Origin: Octopus sinensis
Lineage: Eukaryota
DNA length: 64,000 nt
Reading direction: 5' to 3'
Assembly: GCF_006345805.1 (NCBI RefSeq)
Contig: NW_021832432.1
Coordinates: 434,001 to 498,000 of the forward strand
This document shows, in pieces, positions 58,288 through 64,000 of the stretch (the stretch's first letter is position 1; the number at the start of each line of letters is the position of its first letter). Made by a program: the position numbers and the translations under genes. A model generated the notes under the pieces. The model was given only the letters and a program-made list of their open reading frames with translations. It was not told the origin of the DNA and did not search any database.

Positions 58288-61200
58288 TTAAGCAGTGTTA
58301 GAAATGGGTGGAGGAGTTCACAGAGGAACAACTTTCCTCTTACTTTTCAGCTCACAGTGTGTGGAGATTTACGACATCTTGTGGTCACCTTCACAACCTC
58401 AGCCTCTTGGACCTTAAAGTACCCCTAATTTCTAACAAACTATTTCCATTTATGGTTGTAAAGTAAATTTTCCATTCATCATAGCAGCAGTAGATATATC
58501 TGTCACTAGCATAGCCACACTGTGGCCCTTCCTTCAGTTTTCCACTCCCACAAAAGATACATATTGCCTATAGCAGACCCAAAAGTGGTGCCCCTTGTGG
58601 TGGACTGCCCCAACTCTAGCAATGCTAGTGATATCTGTCAACTGTTAAGATTAACTGGACAAAAGTACACCCCTCTCTCTTTCCTCTAACCCTTTTCTGT
58701 GTGGAATGATTTTCACAATGGATCTGGTGAATACTTGTTATCATCAGTATATCTCACTGAAAGAATAGTAATATCAAATTCACATGATTTGATTTGACCC
58801 TTGATATTTAAGTTTGGATCAAACATTTCCCTCTCTTCTCCATAAAGAGTTATGAAAATTGGTACATTCATAACGGGCTAATGCCAAAAGAACTAACAGC
58901 GAGTTGCAGCACCAATACTGGGTCGATACTTTTCTTAATTTAAAATAAATGACTTGCAAAATCGTAATTTGTTTTTCTGGTTTAAGATACAATGTAAAAT
59001 TATATTTCTCTGTTAATAGAAAACAAGTGAATATAAATCTAAATTTTGATCTTTAACTAGGATACAATTATCTTTAAATATACAAAAACGGGGATACCAA
59101 CAAAAGTGTGTCCTCCCGTTGATACAACTTTGTTTCCTCATAACTGATATGTTAAATATCATTTATATGAAATTGTACTATGGGCCTTTCCCTGGCCCTT
59201 TGCGTTGTAACCAATCGATGTTCTATCATCTTCGTAGTAGCCCACGTCTCACGTATAAGAGCACAGGTAGGACGGTGTTATTGAAGAATCTGGCACATAT
59301 GGTATTATTTAGTTTTCTTTTGAGCACATCCTTTATTGAGTTAAATGCCTCCCATACTGCCCTTATTCTCTTGAGATTTCAGCGTCCACATATCTCGGCG
59401 CATATTCACTGTGTGCCCTAAGAAGACGTTACTCCTTAACCTTCTCGATTTCATCGCTTTCCCACTTCTATTTGGCCTTGTGCGAGCTACGTCTAGCAAC
59501 CGCATATCTTGTATTTGTTGCCTGATGAGATGATCTTGAAATGGAAATTGCCGAATAAACTCTACCAAGAATTTAGTAGAGTTTTTGTTGTCAATGTCAC
59601 CTCATATTTCGCCTCTGCAGAATTCCATGTAACATGTTATGATTAATAAATGCGTCGGCGGTTTATTGTTGACAGTCAAGTGCAAAACAAAAATTCCGTC
59701 AGAGCGGTCACAGGTAAATCACTTGAAAGTTAGGACCACGTCCAACAAGATATTTCGCTCGACGAAAGATGATTCATCAAATTTTACAACCTACTCAATT
59801 TCAACAACATAAGTACTCTTTATTCTTCTAATTATTTCTTTACAGGCAAAACGGCCCAGCAAGAACTTCCCTCAAGTACCATTATAAGACCACCAATAAA
59901 TATATTTTATCAAGTTTATCAGTGGAAGATAGATATATACCTTCGAAAATTGAATCAATACAGTGAGACGGAGGTTTTCGACGCCCCACCACACAAGCGC
60001 GAATACAATATGTTCACGTGAAACCCTAAGCATGATTGTTACACTTTAAACTTGCCCATCAAGGTTCCACTACTGTTATATATCAAACCATGTGCTCATA
60101 ACGAAAGGATAGTTCATCGTGGGGTTTTGATATAAGTTGCAGTCAGCGTGATTTAAATAAGAAACGACCGGTCAATTTATGGGATTCATATGTAAAGGGC
60201 ATTAGGTTTCGAAGTAAATAAAATAATGTCTTCTATAATGAAAGTATTGGTACCATTTACTTCCTGAAAGTTTAAAATGCTTTTGTTTCAATTTAAACCG
60301 GATGGAAATGTAATAGGCAACATATATTTAAACACTGCAAATACGAATAAATATATTTATACCCCACCAACATCAAGTAATTCTTTATGTTCTTCAAAGT
60401 ATAACTGTATTAAAAAAGAAGTGGAAGAGGAGAGAAGTATCGGTGATCGCTTATTGCTTTTTTTTTTAATTTATGGTTATAGACCAAAGTTTGAAACAAA
60501 ACTAAAACAAGATTCTAAATGTCTGATGGTCTAAACGAAAATCTGTAAATCAATTTTTTTTTTTTAAAGAGCATAATAAGAGTTAGAGGAGAGGTAAAAA
60601 TACCCACATTTAAAAGAATAAAAGCTAAAAAGAAGCCAATTTTTCTTTCTCTTTTTTTATATTTTTAATTGAATGGATATTTAGTTTACGAGTTCTTTCC
60701 CGCAAATATGTGTGAGTGTATACATATATATGGCAAATGGAATATACGAGAATATACACATATACACGCTAACACAAAACTGAATAGTTTCCAGAAAATC
60801 TGTTGACAAATAGATCGTTTTCCGTAACTAATGTAAACAAAGGTTTTTATTCTCAGAGGTAGTCAATTTCAAGTCATGCTGGATGAGGTTTTGATATATA
60901 TCTATATATACCACACACACACACACACAAAACTATAATTTTTGTGAATTTAAATACAACACAAAATATATTCGAGTATTTTCTTTAAACAACTTATTGA
61001 TTCCCTTCTGTCATTATACATATTGATTTTATATCATTAGAGATTTATTGTATTGTGTTTTTTTATGATAGTTTGGGGTGTAAAATATTTATCTGACCTT
61101 TATCTGAAGTCTAAATTAAGCATACGAGATAAAATAACTCTTTGCCGACCAAATCAATGTGCCTAATATATCTATAGCTTATTAAAGAAAGAAAGAAAAA

Positions 61201-62123
61201 AAAAACGCGGCAGCGTGGGAACCTTTAGGTGGGCGTTCGATCTGCTATACATAGGAGCTAAATGTCCCTCAACTCACATCCCTCAGTCTTAAAGAGAAAT
61301 ATCACATCAGATATTATAGCCCTAGGTACTTCTTTAAAAATGGGATGGTCACGGTTTGATTGCTTTGATGATAGGTGTCTACTCGATCGGGGTTGATCTG
61401 TGACTGAACAACAAAGTAAATTAAGACAAACAGCTGTTGAACATTTCTGCAAGGAATATGCAATCTGCGTGGAGGGCAGGGAGTTACAGAAATGTTTGAA
61501 TGGCGAGTAATATCTAAGGTTTATAATCCGGCATTTATAGGAAAGAGAAACGATTAAATGAAGTTGTTCGTCCTTCTTTTCAAGAGCAAACTGGTCGTCT
61601 TAATTTAGGCTCTAACTAGGATTCGACACGAAACCGCCGACTTTGATAAGAGGAGCACTTGCCGCTACCCATTGCGATTTTTTAAATTTTTATTTTAAAT
61701 CCCTCATACCGGACTCAAGGTTAGCTTTTATAACAAAAAGGAAAACTCTAGAATAGTGCTGTTGTTTATTTATCATCTCCGAAGATGGTAACAACCAATA
61801 AATAATACCTAATTATATATATCAGGCCTTAGACAATTAAAAAAAAAAATTCAGTGTTAAGGGGGAGTGATCACAGAAAATGACCGCATGCAAAACCTTA
61901 TGTAATCAAACTAAGATAATATTGTTTCTTCGAAAGAAAACTGGAATATTTATAGAATGGGAAATGGGAAATGGGAAGGTGTGACTTTTATATATCATCA
62001 AAAATAAATAATCATTTTAAAACACTGGAAAATGCATGAGGTAAGAGAAAGATAGGACGCTTAAGGGGTTCACCTTGATAGATGGCTGAATATACATCAA
62101 GTAAATGAGAAATCCTTATTTAC

Positions 62124-62223
62124 CTGTGGGAAAACCTAGTTGTTTGCTGCCCCGACCAAATCCTTTGACTACGTTTCCTTCGGCATAGTAAGGCAGGTAA
62201 TTTTCTGGACCAGTGGACGTCAT
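62124..62223 (-). CDS. RFK: Riboflavin kinase, exon 1
   Basis: caaaATG start. MTSTGPENYLPYYAEGNVVKGFGRGSKQLGFPT(A) carries the hallmark G.VV.GFGRGS..LG.PTAN motif. gtaaat donor. 100 nt. Confidence 0.96.
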
Positions 62224-62275
62224 TTTGTAAGTTTGGCAGAGAAGCAACAACAGCCGCAGTCAGATGAAAGTTCAA

Positions 62276-62313
62276 TGACTTGTGAGGAGTGTCCTGTAGG
62301 CGTGATGTTTATA
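62276..62313 (-). promoter_or_regulatory. Candidate RFK core promoter (TATA plus Inr)
   Basis: Minus-strand TATAAA at 62313-62308, about 30 nt upstream of an Inr-like TCACA (62285-62281), within a relatively CpG-rich unique region. Motif match only. Confidence 0.3.
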
Positions 62314-63199
62314 TCTATGACTGGCAAGTGTGTTATCAGTTATGATTCAGCAGCGCATCGATGTTGTGCAAATACCTCTACAAATTAATATAGGAATTGA
62401 AAAAGTATCACTCTACTAATATTTTCATTATTGAAAATATATCACTTTCACTATTCTGTACCGGTATTTGCAAAAACCCCCTTCAAAATAATATTTACCG
62501 TATTGAGAGTTATTATCCCTTACTTCCACCTTGAAATCCGTTTGCCATCGTCAAATATAGCTCGTTATCTTTTTGATTAGACACGTAATTACTGCTTTAT
62601 TTCTGTGTTGCTAACCAAGGTTGTTAAATGCTTAATCATACCGAGCGGATATCACAAATATAGTACGATCGAAACACATCTATCGTCTCGAAAAGTGATA
62701 GCAATGTGAACGGAATAAATTTATCTCGGGAAATATAATTTTAGTCACCGTCCAACAGTGGTATTAACCTTTGTTCTAATCAAGTTTGTTTAATATTCGA
62801 CGAATAAGAAAAGCTGTAGAACTCCTGCTCGGATGTAAATTTGTATTTTTGTTAGTTTACACTCAAGTGGGAGATGCGACTTGATTTCGTCCTCTGATTA
62901 TAAATATTTCACTTTGTATATTGCTCGTTAAAATCATTGAGAGAAGTAAACACATTATGCAATCATTTCTCCGCCCCTCCCCATAAATATGACGCATATT
63001 TATGTAACAGATTAATTTTCTGGGGATATTTCTTTATCGTCAACATATTTATCGCATGCTGTGTAACGATGGCTCTGACGTGAATGTTTGGAAATGCTTC
63101 ATCTGTATTGTTATGAATATAAAAATTTCATTTACCTTTCTCACATCTTGTGTTTACTAATCAAAGCTTAACCGCCAAATGTGTGAATTACCAAATTAA

Positions 63200-63293
63200 G
63201 GCGAAGGTAAAGAATACGCATACCATCCGTTTTCGACGTTTAGGGTCAGGGTTACGCCGAAAACGGGTGTTTTGCGTATTCTTTGCCTCCGCC
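63200..63293. mobile_element. Palindromic mini-element with telomere-like loop (Kolobok-like ends)
   Basis: 47-bp arms with 39 matches (63193-63239 and 63254-63300), loop ttagggtcagggtt, flanks ttaa|GG ... CC|taaa. Confidence 0.5.
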
Positions 63294-63345
63294 TAAAATT
63301 GATACGTTTATCGTGTTTCAAACTGTATATAAACTTTATATTTAA

Positions 63346-63858
63346 CTAGCAGTATCGCCCGGCGTTGCTCGGGTTTGTAAGGGAAATAACTATATAAGCA
63401 TTTTTAGAGAGTTACTTCCCTTATAGATGCCAATTCGGGCTTTCTTAGCCATTTCTGTTTTGGTGTCTTCAAGCCATGAAGTCGTTGTTCTAAAAGAACG
63501 CTGGTCTCCTTGACAACGCTTTACGACGTTGATTTCCTTACACTCCCTTCCCCACAGCTTCACGAGGGAGGGAAGAAGGGGAGAAGCAAACAGGTGCAGG
63601 TGTGACCATGGACGCCAACTCCGCCACTATCGACACACGAAAAATTATGCATTAAAATGGAATAAAAAAATGATGTTAAATTATTTTTAAAATCGTAGAC
63701 TCATCGTAGACGCGCGCTAATACTCAGACGGGCTCGATATGAATCACGACTATAAGATACCCGAATTTGGTTAAACTGCACCGCAAAATGTGGGAGGAGT
63801 TAGGAATCTAAATCGTAGGAGACAGACACTCACACAACTACAGTTATATATATATAGA
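63346..63858 (-). mobile_element. Non-autonomous Helitron, complete
   Basis: a|TCTATATATAT start, cccgagcaacgccggg hairpin, 8 nt, then CTAG|t end. 513 bp. Confidence 0.85.
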
Positions 63859-64000
63859 TAAAGTTACACTGCAGCAAATTCAATTTCTTGTGGATTATAG
63901 GAATGGAGAGAGAGAGAGAAAGTAGGAAGAAATGAATCTCTGTCTTTTTTAAAATTGGCTCTGTCAGAGGAGAAAAGGTAGCACTCGCCAGGGTTTCCGA

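Noticed and set aside
59119-59568. ORFs of 75-100 aa and a CTGATGA..GAAA pair at about 59522-59542
   Set aside because: No homology recognised, and the ribozyme-like pair lacks workable stems I and III.
1-64000. CRISPR arrays, rRNA, prokaryotic or viral genes
   Set aside because: No repeat-spacer array, rRNA-like segment or long intronless ORF is present. The tandem repeats lack unique spacers.

Overview
AT-rich, repeat-dense animal genomic DNA. The SINE, MITE and microsatellite families look like those of an Octopus genome, recognised from memory and not from a search. Two intron-rich genes converge tail to tail. (1) On +, the last six coding exons of a TBC/Rab-GAP protein of the TBC1D15/16/17/25-like group (11601-25786; motifs GYTQGMND, AYWCF, RWLVVGFKREF). 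Its 5' exons, including the arginine finger, were not found in the window. (2) On -, a complete four-exon riboflavin kinase gene (RFK, 62223-51054, 156 aa). The rest is transposon debris: several tRNA-derived SINE families (labelled A-C here), an RTE-related short element (D), CR1 and RTE LINE fragments, mariners, piggyBac/hAT/Tc1 MITEs, non-autonomous Helitrons and a 156-bp satellite. The most interesting signal is a set of minimal type I hammerhead-ribozyme-like motifs of the Penelope-associated kind, with short palindromic stem III. They occur in at least four unrelated short repeat families (2290, 17064, 28965/29013, 32981, 56197). One sits at the 3' end of an element with a tRNA-like Pol III head, and one family arranges two motifs as an inverted pair. 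All folds were assigned by eye and none has been tested for activity. Repeat boundaries are approximate unless a target-site duplication (TSD) or terminal inverted repeat (TIR) is cited.
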